NCBI RefSeq assembly: GCF_000091665.1
Contig: NC_000909.1
Location: 790,712-822,711 of the forward strand
Reading direction: 5' to 3'
Length of the DNA: 32,000 nt
Source of the DNA: Methanocaldococcus jannaschii DSM 2661
GTDB lineage: Archaea; AGJL01; Methanococci; Methanococcales; Methanocaldococcaceae
Shown: positions 1-7,898 of the stretch, in pieces
Layout of the letters: every line of letters begins with the position of its first letter
Numbering within the stretch: position 1 is the first letter of the stretch
Program-made: the position numbers and the translations under genes
Notes under the pieces: generated by a model
Databases searched by the model: none
The model's input: the letters and a program-made list of their open reading frames with translations, nothing else
What the model was told of the DNA's origin: nothing

Positions 1-531
1 TAACTCTTTGGCTTTATTAACGATTTTTTCTCTTGGATAAGATATTAGCCCACCTCTTGCTATTTTCACAATGCAGTAACTGCAGTTTCCTATACAACCT
101 TCACATATTGGCAATGGAGTAATTAATGATGGTTTTAAGTAATCTAACTTCTTATAGAGTGTTTTGTTGATGTCCTCTTCAATATATGGCATTCTGTAGT
201 GTTTTTCAACGTAATTTTTCAATATCTCTCCAGCTTTGTGAGCTTCTCTTGGATATATATGTAGGAATCCTTTAACCTTATTCTTTAAAGCCTTTGGCAA
301 ACATCCAGCAACAACAACCTCCTTTCCTAAATTTTTAAGTTCGTTTATTCTGTAAATCATTCTATTCTCTGTTTCTAATCTAACAACACATGTGTTTATT
401 ATTGCAATATCTGCCTCTTCTAAGTTATTAACTACTTCAAATCCATGTTTTTTTAGAGAATTCTTTATAATTTCTGTATCAGCGGTGTTTAAAACGCATC
501 CATAGCCCTCAACATATACTCTCATATCCAT
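1..531 (-). CDS. MiaB/MtaB-like radical-SAM tRNA methylthiotransferase, N-terminal part (the gene continues past the window start)
   Basis: The reverse strand translates as M(D)MRVYVEGYGCVLNTADTEIIKNSL...EADIAIINTCVV..., which is a UPF0004/MTTase N-domain. It then reaches PICEGCIGNCSYCIVK, a CxxxCxxC radical-SAM cluster motif. In-frame ATGs lie at 531 and 525. There is no stop inside the window. Confidence 0.75.
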   Translation of the reverse strand, partial: MDMRVYVEGYGCVLNTADTEIIKNSLKKHGFEVVNNLEEADIAIINTCVVRLETENRMIYRINELKNLGKEVVVAGCLPKALKNKVKGFLHIYPREAHKAGEILKNYVEKHYRMPYIEEDINKTLYKKLDYLKPSLITPLPICEGCIGNCSYCIVKIARGGLISYPREKIVNKAKEL

Positions 532-645
532 CACCACTTGTAAATAATATAACCACATATTTAAATTTTATGTTGTGCATTATTTAATAATAACCAAATA
601 AGAAATAGAAAATAAAATAGCAATAGCAAGTTAGAGTTTATAAAC

Positions 646-1029
646 TTACTCAATCAAATCAGAAAATAGCTTTATGATATCCTTTGAGCTTAAAACACCA
701 ACAATTTTATCTTCACATGGTGATTTCACATATAAATGATGAATCCCTTTTTCAGCCATAATCTCAACGGCTTTTTCTAATGGAGCTTCTGGGCTAACAG
801 TTATTGGATTTGTTGTCATTATCTCCTCCGCTGTTTTATCTAAATCATTATAGTGTTTTAATACATCTGTATCTGTTATAATTCCCCAGAATGTCTCTCC
901 ATCAGAAACTACGACAGATGATATATCATACTTTGCCATTGTTTTAATAACATCGCTTAATTTTGTATCTAAGGTTACTTCAACAACTCCCTTTTTCATA
1001 ACATCTCTAACCAAATACTTTGATATCAT
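646..1029 (-). CDS. Stand-alone CBS-pair domain protein
   Basis: The 127-aa ORF has two CBS-like halves (VMKKGVVEV...ISSVVVSD and IMTTNPITV...IHHLYV...[11 protein letters not shown]). Confidence 0.8.
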
Positions 1030-1244
1030 GCTTACACCTCCTCAATTATATATTTACTATTCTTAGGTTTTTATAAATTCTCTTCTTTTTGAAACATACT
1101 GTAGTTATAAACCAAAATCTTTATATAGTCAAATATGACAATTGATGTATGATAACCTTCATATATTTCTTTGGCAATATCATCTATTACCTCCCAATTT
1201 ATTCATATATTAACAATTACAAATTTATGCTTATGGTGATAATA

Positions 1245-2207
1245 ATGGATGATTTAACTCAACTACCTGGTGTAGGTCCTACAACAGCTGAGAAGTTAAA
1301 AGAAGCTGGTTACACTGATTTTATGAAAATTGCAACTGCATCCATCGGTGAGCTAACAGAAATAGATGGAATTAGTGAGAAAGCTGCAGCCAGGATTATA
1401 GAAGCTGCAAGAGAACTCTGCAATTTAGGGTTTAAAAGTGGAACTGAGGTTTTATCCCAAAGAAAAAATATATGGAAGCTCTCAACTGGAAGTAAGAACT
1501 TAGATGAGATTTTAGGAGGAGGCTTGGAGAGTCAGTCAGTTACTGAATTTGCTGGAATGTTTGGTTCTGGTAAAACCCAGATAGCTCATCAGGCATGTGT
1601 TAATTTGCAGTGCCCAGAGAGAATAGTAGCAGATGACGCAATAAAGGATGAGATTTTAAATGAACCAAAGGCAGTTTATATTGACACAGAAGGAACATTC
1701 AGACCAGAAAGAATTGTCCAAATGGCAGAAGCTTTGGGTTTAGATGGAAATGAAGTTTTAAATAACATCTTTGTAGCAAGAGCCTACAACTCAGATATGC
1801 AAATGTTGTATGCTGAAAATGTTGAGAATTTAATAAGAGAAGGGCATAATATAAAGTTGGTTATAGTTGATTCATTAACATCAACATTCAGAACTGAGTA
1901 TATAGGAAGAGGTAAATTAGCAGAGAGACAACAAAAATTAGGAAGGCACATGGCTACTCTCAACAAATTAGCTGATATATACAACTGTGTTGTTATAGTA
2001 ACTAACCAAGTAGCTGCAAGACCAGATGCTTTATTTGGACCTTCAGAGCAGGCAATTGGAGGGCATATTGTTGGGCATGCAGCAACATTTAGAATATTCC
2101 TAAGAAAGGCAAAAGGAGATAAGAGGGTTGCTAAGCTTTATGATTCTCCACACTTACCAGATGCTGAAGCAATGTTTAGGATAACCGAAAAGGGAATTCA
2201 TGATTAA
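1245..2207 (+). CDS. radA: DNA repair and recombination protein RadA
   Basis: It has an N-terminal HhH motif ([20 protein letters not shown]), a Walker A (GMFGSGKTQ) and a Walker B-like VIVDSLT. I placed the start at ATG 1245, which follows GGTGAT at 1235-1240. The longest ORF begins at 1149 but adds a nonsense-looking hydrophobic 32 aa. Confidence 0.9.
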
Positions 2208-2273
2208 TTCTTTAAATTAATTTTTAAAATATATCTTTAAAAAATAAAAGAAATAAAACATCTAAAAAATTAA

Positions 2274-4136
2274 TTAGCAGATTTCTTTTTTCATCAACTC
2301 TTTTACTTCTTCTAAGAACTTTCCATACCCAACTCTTTTCATAACTGCAGCTAATCTTTCTCTTTGTGGTTTTTCAGCATATTTGCCATAAACAACCAAC
2401 ACCTTATCAATAAAGTTTATAATTTCATCAACACTCATCAACTTCATTTTAACTCCTTCAACAACCTCTCTTCCAGTTTTTCCACCAACATAAACTAAAT
2501 AACCCTCTTCTTTAACTTCCCTTGCCTCATTTGGACAGTTTTTAATACATTTTCCGCAGCCAACACATACGTTGTAATTTGTGTAAGATGTTTCTCCTCT
2601 AATATCAATTGCCTCAACCTTACAAACCTCAGCACATCTTCCGCAACCGTTACATTTTTCTTCATTTACCTTTGGATATTTTACTCCAGCTATTCCAATA
2701 TCATGAACTTGTGGTCTTACACATCCGTTTGGGCAACCGCTAATTGCAATTTTAAACTTATATGGAGCAGGTCTCTCTTTGAAGTTATCTTCAATGATTC
2801 TTGCAAGTTCTGTTGTATCTACTAAACCACTGCTACAGTTTCCTCCTCCAGGACAAGCCAATGTTGCTCTGACTAAAGGCCCCTCTGAACCTGTTAGAAG
2901 ACCTTTTTCTCTCAACCTTAAAACAATATCTTCAACATCAAATCCACTAATACCGTGAAGTTCATAGCCAGCTCTATCAGTTACTTTTATCTTTGCATTG
3001 TATTCTTCTGCAATATCTAAAATTTCTTTTATCTCCTCTGGCTTATACCATCCTCCTGGCTTAGCTCTAACTCTTATAAAGTATGTTCCATCTGCTCTCT
3101 TTCCAATTCCTCCGTAATCTGCAGTCCAGTAGAATGAAACATACTCATTATTTTCTCTCCTTCTCTCAACTTCTTTCTTAAATCTCTTTAATTTTAGCTG
3201 TCTTAATTTCTCAATTTCTTCTAAATTAACTCCTTCTTTTAATTCTACAGCATTTTTAATTTCCTCTCCCTTTTCAGTTCTTATTATGATTGTTGAATAA
3301 CCATCTGGACTTCCAACACACCCAACTGAAACATCCGCCATCTCTGCATCAAAATCCCTACACATCTTACAGCCAGAGCAGATTTCAAACTCTTTTAGGT
3401 CAAATTCCTTCTTCTCTCCATTTACATAAACGAGGAGTTTTCCTTTCTTAATGTCAAATTTCTCAACTTTTTCAATATCTATTCCATGTTTTGATAGAAC
3501 TTCCTTCATGTTGTCGTATCTAAACTTCTCAGTGCAGAATAAGCCAATTAAATACTCTATTTTTGGCAGTTTTACTGGCTTTCCATTTCTTCCTAATTCA
3601 AGGTCGTGCTTAGCATGGTATGGGAAATACTGCAGTTTTCTCAATCCGTTAATTTGGCAAGGCAATCCAACAACAGCAACTTTCTCTAAACCCATCTCTC
3701 CAGCCTTTCTTAATGCATCTAAGGTTGAGATTGCATATTTTGATTTTGCAGTTTTTAATAAATCCTCTGCATTTTGAACAACCAATGAAACTGGTTTCCA
3801 GCATTCATCTCCAACGACTATAGCTCCATCTATCTTTCCGTTTTCTAATAGGTATTTTAGAAATGCTGTAACAACTCCCCCATCTTGTCCTTCAATATCA
3901 CTTTTTGCATAATAGTATTTTTCATAAAACTTCTCTCTAATCTTTATCTGATACTTTGCAGAAGAAACTCTTGGACATACTTCAAAACACATTCCATGAC
4001 CTTTTCTTAAACATTCATCGATTAACTTTGGTCTTTCATCAAAGGTTAATATACCATTAGGACATACTATAGTGCAGGTCCCACATCTTGCACATACTCC
4101 ACTATCGACTATTTCATTTAACTTCCACTCATACAT
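2274..4136 (-). CDS. fsr: Coenzyme F420-dependent sulfite reductase (FrhB/FpoF-like N-half fused to a siroheme sulfite-reductase C-half)
   Basis: The 620-aa ORF carries several 4Fe-4S ferredoxin motifs (CARCGTCTIVCP, CNGCGRCAEVCK, CVGCGKCIKNCP). The N-half looks like an F420-hydrogenase beta subunit and the C-half like a sulfite/nitrite reductase (CPGGGNC...SGCPNGC). I recognise this architecture from the M. jannaschii Fsr literature. Confidence 0.85.
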   Translation of the reverse strand: MYEWKLNEIVDSGVCARCGTCTIVCPNGILTFDERPKLIDECLRKGHGMCFEVCPRVSSAKYQIKIREKFYEKYYYAKSDIEGQDGGVVTAFLKYLLENGKIDGAIVVGDECWKPVSLVVQNAEDLLKTAKSKYAISTLDALRKAGEMGLEKVAVVGLPCQINGLRKLQYFPYHAKHDLELGRNGKPVKLPKIEYLIGLFCTEKFRYDNMKEVLSKHGIDIEKVEKFDIKKGKLLVYVNGEKKEFDLKEFEICSGCKMCRDFDAEMADVSVGCVGSPDGYSTIIIRTEKGEEIKNAVELKEGVNLEEIEKLRQLKLKRFKKEVERRRENNEYVSFYWTADYGGIGKRADGTYFIRVRAKPGGWYKPEEIKEILDIAEEYNAKIKVTDRAGYELHGISGFDVEDIVLRLREKGLLTGSEGPLVRATLACPGGGNCSSGLVDTTELARIIEDNFKERPAPYKFKIAISGCPNGCVRPQVHDIGIAGVKYPKVNEEKCNGCGRCAEVCKVEAIDIRGETSYTNYNVCVGCGKCIKNCPNEAREVKEEGYLVYVGGKTGREVVEGVKMKLMSVDEIINFIDKVLVVYGKYAEKPQRERLAAVMKRVGYGKFLEEVKELMKKEIC

Positions 4137-4194
4137 TTTTTCACCACTAAATGTGTGATTGATTTATTCACACTTTAATGCTATTTAATAAAAC

Positions 4195-4202
4195 TATATA
4201 AA
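4195..4202 (-). promoter_or_regulatory. Probable TATA box of fsr
   Basis: TTTATATA on the minus strand lies about 60 nt upstream of ATG 4136. The SD GGTGA is the reverse complement of 4141-4145. Confidence 0.45.
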
Positions 4203-4210
4203 ACTTACTA

Positions 4211-4233
4211 ATGTGTTCATGAATTACACACAT
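4211..4233. promoter_or_regulatory. Palindrome ATGTGT-N11-ACACAT, a candidate operator between fsr and the divergent membrane-protein gene
   Basis: The half-sites are perfect inverted hexamers. AATGTGT recurs at 4150-4156, 4210-4216 and 4248-4254. Confidence 0.4.
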
Positions 4234-4312
4234 ATAAATTTCCCCCAAATGTGTATTTATATTTTTTGATATTTTTTGAATTGAGAATTGAATGTTATTT
4301 TAATAATATTAG

Positions 4313-5266
4313 GTGATAGTTGTGGATTACATAACTCCATTAATGGAGAGTATGAAAATCTCTGCTTATTATACCATAAGAATATCTATTATTGTTTTAA
4401 CAACGGTGTTTATTGTTAATTACATTATGAGTACTGGCATCATGAAGAAGCTAAGTAATATGTTATCTCCAATTTTAAGAAGGCTTAAAGTTAATCCTCT
4501 TTCAATATCCTCTACTTTAGCATGCTTTTTCAGCCCAACAGTAGGATACTCAATTTTAGCAGAGGGATTGAAGGAGAATAAAGTAAATGAAAGAGAGGTT
4601 ATAGGAGCTTCTTTAGCAAATTCATTCCCTTCAGTTTTGTCCCATACATTCACATTTTTTATTCCAGTTGTTGTTCCAATTTTAGGACATACAGGAGTTT
4701 TATATGTCTTGATAAGGTTGGGGGTAGCTTTAGCAAAGACAATAATTGGATTTTTATATTTATCAATTATATCAGAGGATTATTCCTTTGAGATGCCAGA
4801 GATAAATAAATTAAACAAAAAGGAGAATGCAAAGAAATCATTTAAAAGCACTATTAGATTTGCCAAGAGATTAATACCAATAATGTTTTTTATGATGACA
4901 TTGGTTCTCTATTTGTCTAAAATTGGATTTTTTGATTATGTTGAGAAATTTGTTCAACCAATAACAAACTTGCTAAATTTAAATCCCAACGTTGGCATTT
5001 TGGCATTGACAGAGATTATGAATGTGCAGGCAGCTATAGTTATGGCTGGTGGATTTTTAAATGAGGGAATTTTGAGCTCAAAAGAGGTTTTAATTGGTTT
5101 GATTATTGGGAATGTTTTGACATTCTCAACAAGATATGTTAAGCATTCCTTACCTTTGCATGTTTCTCTATTTGGAGCTAAGTTAGGGACTAAAATAGTT
5201 ATGGTTAATGCAGCAATCACTTTGTTGTTGGATATCTTTATAATAGCGGGGCTTTTATTAATTTAA
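4313..5266 (+). CDS. Multipass membrane protein, paralog of 14690-15616. Homologs are, as far as I recall, annotated as nucleoside-recognition/FeoB-type Gate-domain proteins.
   Basis: The ORF is about 315 aa and very hydrophobic. It shares the motif SPTVGYSILAEGLKENKVNEREVI with NPTVGKSMLSGFYKENKVNEKEVI in the paralog. The likely true start is GTG 4322, just after AGGTGAT at 4311-4317 (VDYITPL aligns with MDILPYL of the paralog). Confidence 0.55.
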   Translation: MIVVDYITPLMESMKISAYYTIRISIIVLTTVFIVNYIMSTGIMKKLSNMLSPILRRLKVNPLSISSTLACFFSPTVGYSILAEGLKENKVNEREVIGASLANSFPSVLSHTFTFFIPVVVPILGHTGVLYVLIRLGVALAKTIIGFLYLSIISEDYSFEMPEINKLNKKENAKKSFKSTIRFAKRLIPIMFFMMTLVLYLSKIGFFDYVEKFVQPITNLLNLNPNVGILALTEIMNVQAAIVMAGGFLNEGILSSKEVLIGLIIGNVLTFSTRYVKHSLPLHVSLFGAKLGTKIVMVNAAITLLLDIFIIAGLLLI

Positions 5267-5306
5267 TGTATTTTAAATAAAAATAAACCAAAAGATTTAA
5301 TTAATT

Positions 5307-6482
5307 TTATTTGATTTTGTAATAGTATTTTAAATCATCGTCTCCTCCAAACAACTCTGGGTGAATCATCTTTGCAAAGTCCATCATATAACCAGCTGGG
5401 TCTCTTGCCTCCCAAACATAATAATCTGGATGAGACACATAGAACCTTCCAGTTTTAAATGCTTTAAATTCAGCAAAGTTTGGATTTATTTTTAATAAAT
5501 CTTCTTTTGTCTTAACATCTCCATAGAACCATATTAATATAACAACATCTGCGTTCATAGCCCTTTCATAAAACGTTTCTTTATCTACATATTGATAGCC
5601 TCTATTATAATCATCAAATACATTTTTACCTTTAAACTCAGCAATCATTTTGCTGTAATAACTATCATTTCCATAGATTCCTGGCATATTTTTGGTTTTT
5701 GACCAGCTGAAGATAACAACCGTTGGTTCATTTGTTACATTTTGAACCTTTTTCAATATATTTTCTCTTACTTTAACTACATTTTCAAACCATTTATCTG
5801 CTTTTTTATATGCGTTGGATCCCCAGAATGCCGCGGCAAATTTTATCCACTCTACTCTTCCCATGTATGTTGGTTCTTGATAGGTGTAGAATCTTGAAAC
5901 AGTTACTCCCAATTCTTTTAGTTTCTCTTCAACCACATCTTCACTCTTCCAGTCACCTAAAAAAACAATATCTGGAGTCAAATTTACTATTAACTCATAA
6001 TTTACTCCTTTACTTGGACTTCCTATATCTACCACTTTTCCTTCATCAAACAATTCTTTAAGTTTTGGCGACTTTTCTACAGCATACTTTGGAGCCCCAA
6101 CTATAGTATGATGATAGGCATTCAATATGTCTGCTGCTGATATAATTGGGCAATAAAAGTCTGTAACGATTCTTTTTACAGGAACTTTTATTATCTTCCC
6201 ATCTGAAATGTTAGGAGCCTTAGCATTTCCTTCAACCAAAACAAACTTGTTACCCACAGAATCAGCAACTACACAATAACCCTCATCCCAGTGAGGATAG
6301 AGTTTGAACGTTTCTGCGTATCTAACCACATTAACTCCTAATTTTGGCTGAGTTTCAGCTTTTTGTGATTCAGATTGGGTAGTTTGTTGAAGCTGAGTTG
6401 TAGTTTTACTCTCTTCCACACATCCTGCAAATGCAACTATAACCCCAATCATTAAAATTGATAGTAAGAATAATTTTCTCAT
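5307..6482 (-). CDS. ABC transporter substrate-binding lipoprotein (Fe-chelate/corrinoid-type periplasmic binding fold)
   Basis: It has a signal peptide plus lipobox (MRKLFLLSILMIGVIVAFAGC) and a Thr/Gln-rich tether. The body is paralogous to 12435-13679 (RVEWIKFAAAFW vs RCEWVKMFAAFY; IHPELF vs LHPEAF). I chose the start at ATG 6482, which is preceded by GTGAT. The longest ORF starts at 6524. Confidence 0.75.
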   Translation of the reverse strand: MRKLFLLSILMIGVIVAFAGCVEESKTTTQLQQTTQSESQKAETQPKLGVNVVRYAETFKLYPHWDEGYCVVADSVGNKFVLVEGNAKAPNISDGKIIKVPVKRIVTDFYCPIISAADILNAYHHTIVGAPKYAVEKSPKLKELFDEGKVVDIGSPSKGVNYELIVNLTPDIVFLGDWKSEDVVEEKLKELGVTVSRFYTYQEPTYMGRVEWIKFAAAFWGSNAYKKADKWFENVVKVRENILKKVQNVTNEPTVVIFSWSKTKNMPGIYGNDSYYSKMIAEFKGKNVFDDYNRGYQYVDKETFYERAMNADVVILIWFYGDVKTKEDLLKINPNFAEFKAFKTGRFYVSHPDYYVWEARDPAGYMMDFAKMIHPELFGGDDDLKYYYKIK

Positions 6483-6647
6483 AATATCACTCTGTTCATA
6501 TTTTTTAAAAAAAATTAATAACATTTAGGACTATAAAGATTATCTAATATAAATTTTACTATTATTATTGTTATTAATTGTTAGGAGTTATTAAGTATTT
6601 CATATCATAAATTATAAAAAACCTTATTTTATTTAAAAATCATTTGA

Positions 6648-7529
6648 GTGATGCTTATGTTGAAAACAGAAAACTTATCTGTTGGATATGGAAACTATGT
6701 AGTAGTTGAAGGCATAAATTTGGAAATAAACAGAGGAGAAATTTTGTGTATTATAGGCCCTAATGGAGCAGGGAAATCAACACTCTTAAAAACAATAGCA
6801 ACTTATTTAAAACCAAAGAAGGGAGTGGTTTATTTAAATGGAAAAAAGATTCATGATTTAAAGCCAAAGGATTTAGCAAAGGAAATGGCTGTTGTTCTAA
6901 CAGAGAGGGTTAATCCAGGAAACATGACAGGTTTTGATGTTGTAGCAATTGGAAGACACCCATATACTGATTTATTTGGTAGATTGACAGAGAGGGATAA
7001 AAAGATTATAATCGAATCGGCAAGGGCAGTTAATGCAGAATATTTGTTGGAGAAAAATTTCTTTGAGATGAGTGATGGAGAAAGGCAAAAAATAATGATA
7101 GCAAGGGCATTAGCTCAAGAACCAAAGGTTTTAATCTTGGATGAACCAACATCATTCTTAGATGCCAAGCATAAAATTGAATTAACTTTATTATTGAGAA
7201 AGTTAGCAGATGAGAAAAATTTAGCCATAGTTGTTACTTTACACGATATTGAACTTGCTTTAAGAATTGCTGATAAGATGGCTTTGATAAAGAATCATAA
7301 AGTTATTGCTTATGGATATCCTGAAAATGTTATGAAAAGGGAGATAGTTAATGAACTCTATGATTTAAAGAATGCCAATTATAGTGAGGTTATTGGTTAT
7401 TTTGAATTAAAGAACAATCCAATAAAAAATAAAAAAATATTTGTTATATGTGGAGGAGGAACTGGGGCTAATGTTTTGAGATATTTGGTTAAGAATAGAT
7501 ATGATGTTGTTGTTGGCCATCTTGCATAA
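6648..7529 (+). CDS. ABC transporter ATP-binding protein (FepC/BtuD-like) whose C-terminal extension is interrupted by a frameshift
   Basis: It has Walker A (GPNGAGKST), a signature-like MSDGERQK, Walker B (LILDEPTSFLD) and an H-loop (TLHD). The probable start is ATG 6657, after GAGTGAT. A glycine-rich IFVICGGGTG begins an extra domain at about nt 7437. Confidence 0.85.
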   Translation: MMLMLKTENLSVGYGNYVVVEGINLEINRGEILCIIGPNGAGKSTLLKTIATYLKPKKGVVYLNGKKIHDLKPKDLAKEMAVVLTERVNPGNMTGFDVVAIGRHPYTDLFGRLTERDKKIIIESARAVNAEYLLEKNFFEMSDGERQKIMIARALAQEPKVLILDEPTSFLDAKHKIELTLLLRKLADEKNLAIVVTLHDIELALRIADKMALIKNHKVIAYGYPENVMKREIVNELYDLKNANYSEVIGYFELKNNPIKNKKIFVICGGGTGANVLRYLVKNRYDVVVGHLA

Positions 7530-7782
7530 AAATGATGCTGATTACTTTATAGCAGAGGCAATGGGAGTTAAGATAATTGAGGAAGAGGCATATAAAAAGA
7601 TATCAAAAGAAACATTTGAAGAGGCATTAAAAGAATTAAAAAATTCGGATGTTGTTGTTTATACAGATTTCCCTATAGGAGAGATGAATGAGCTAAATTT
7701 AAAGCTTATTGAAGAGGCAAAAAATTTAAAAAAGAGGATGATTTTTTACGAAGATGATATTTCAGTTTTGAAAGAGATTTAA
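7501..7782 (+). CDS. Continuation of the ATPase C-terminal domain in the +1 frame. It is probably not an independent gene.
   Basis: This ORF overlaps the ATPase 3' end by 29 nt. Removing one C from GGCC at 7515-7518 joins ...RYDVVVG to ILHKNDADYFIAEAMG... There is no SD or TATA of its own. Confidence 0.5.
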   Translation: MMLLLAILHKNDADYFIAEAMGVKIIEEEAYKKISKETFEEALKELKNSDVVVYTDFPIGEMNELNLKLIEEAKNLKKRMIFYEDDISVLKEI

Positions 7783-7836
7783 CTTTTAGAATTAGCTTGG
7801 TGAATAATATCTCTTTTTTAGGTATATTCATAAAAG

Positions 7837-7843
7837 TTTATAT
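7837..7843 (+). promoter_or_regulatory. Probable TATA box of the TPR-HEPN gene
   Basis: AAAGTTTATATG lies about 58 nt upstream of ATG 7899, and a G-rich SD lies at 7888-7892. Confidence 0.4.
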
Positions 7844-7898
7844 GTAGTAGGAAGTATAATATCAAATATAGTAATTTAAATTTGAATAGGGGGTTTGT

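Noticed and set aside
1149-1244. A 32-codon N-terminal extension of radA in the longest ORF ([32 protein letters not shown])
   Set aside because: The extension is hydrophobic and low-complexity, unlike RadA N-termini. A GGTGAT SD sits directly before ATG 1245, and homologs begin at the HhH segment. A consensus TTTATATA at 1120-1127 could in principle drive a leaderless mRNA starting near 1149, so the longer form is not fully excluded.
7501-7782. The 93-aa ORF as an independent gene
   Set aside because: It has no SD or TATA, and it overlaps the ATPase 3' end. Its sequence continues the ATPase C-terminal domain seamlessly after a 1-nt correction.
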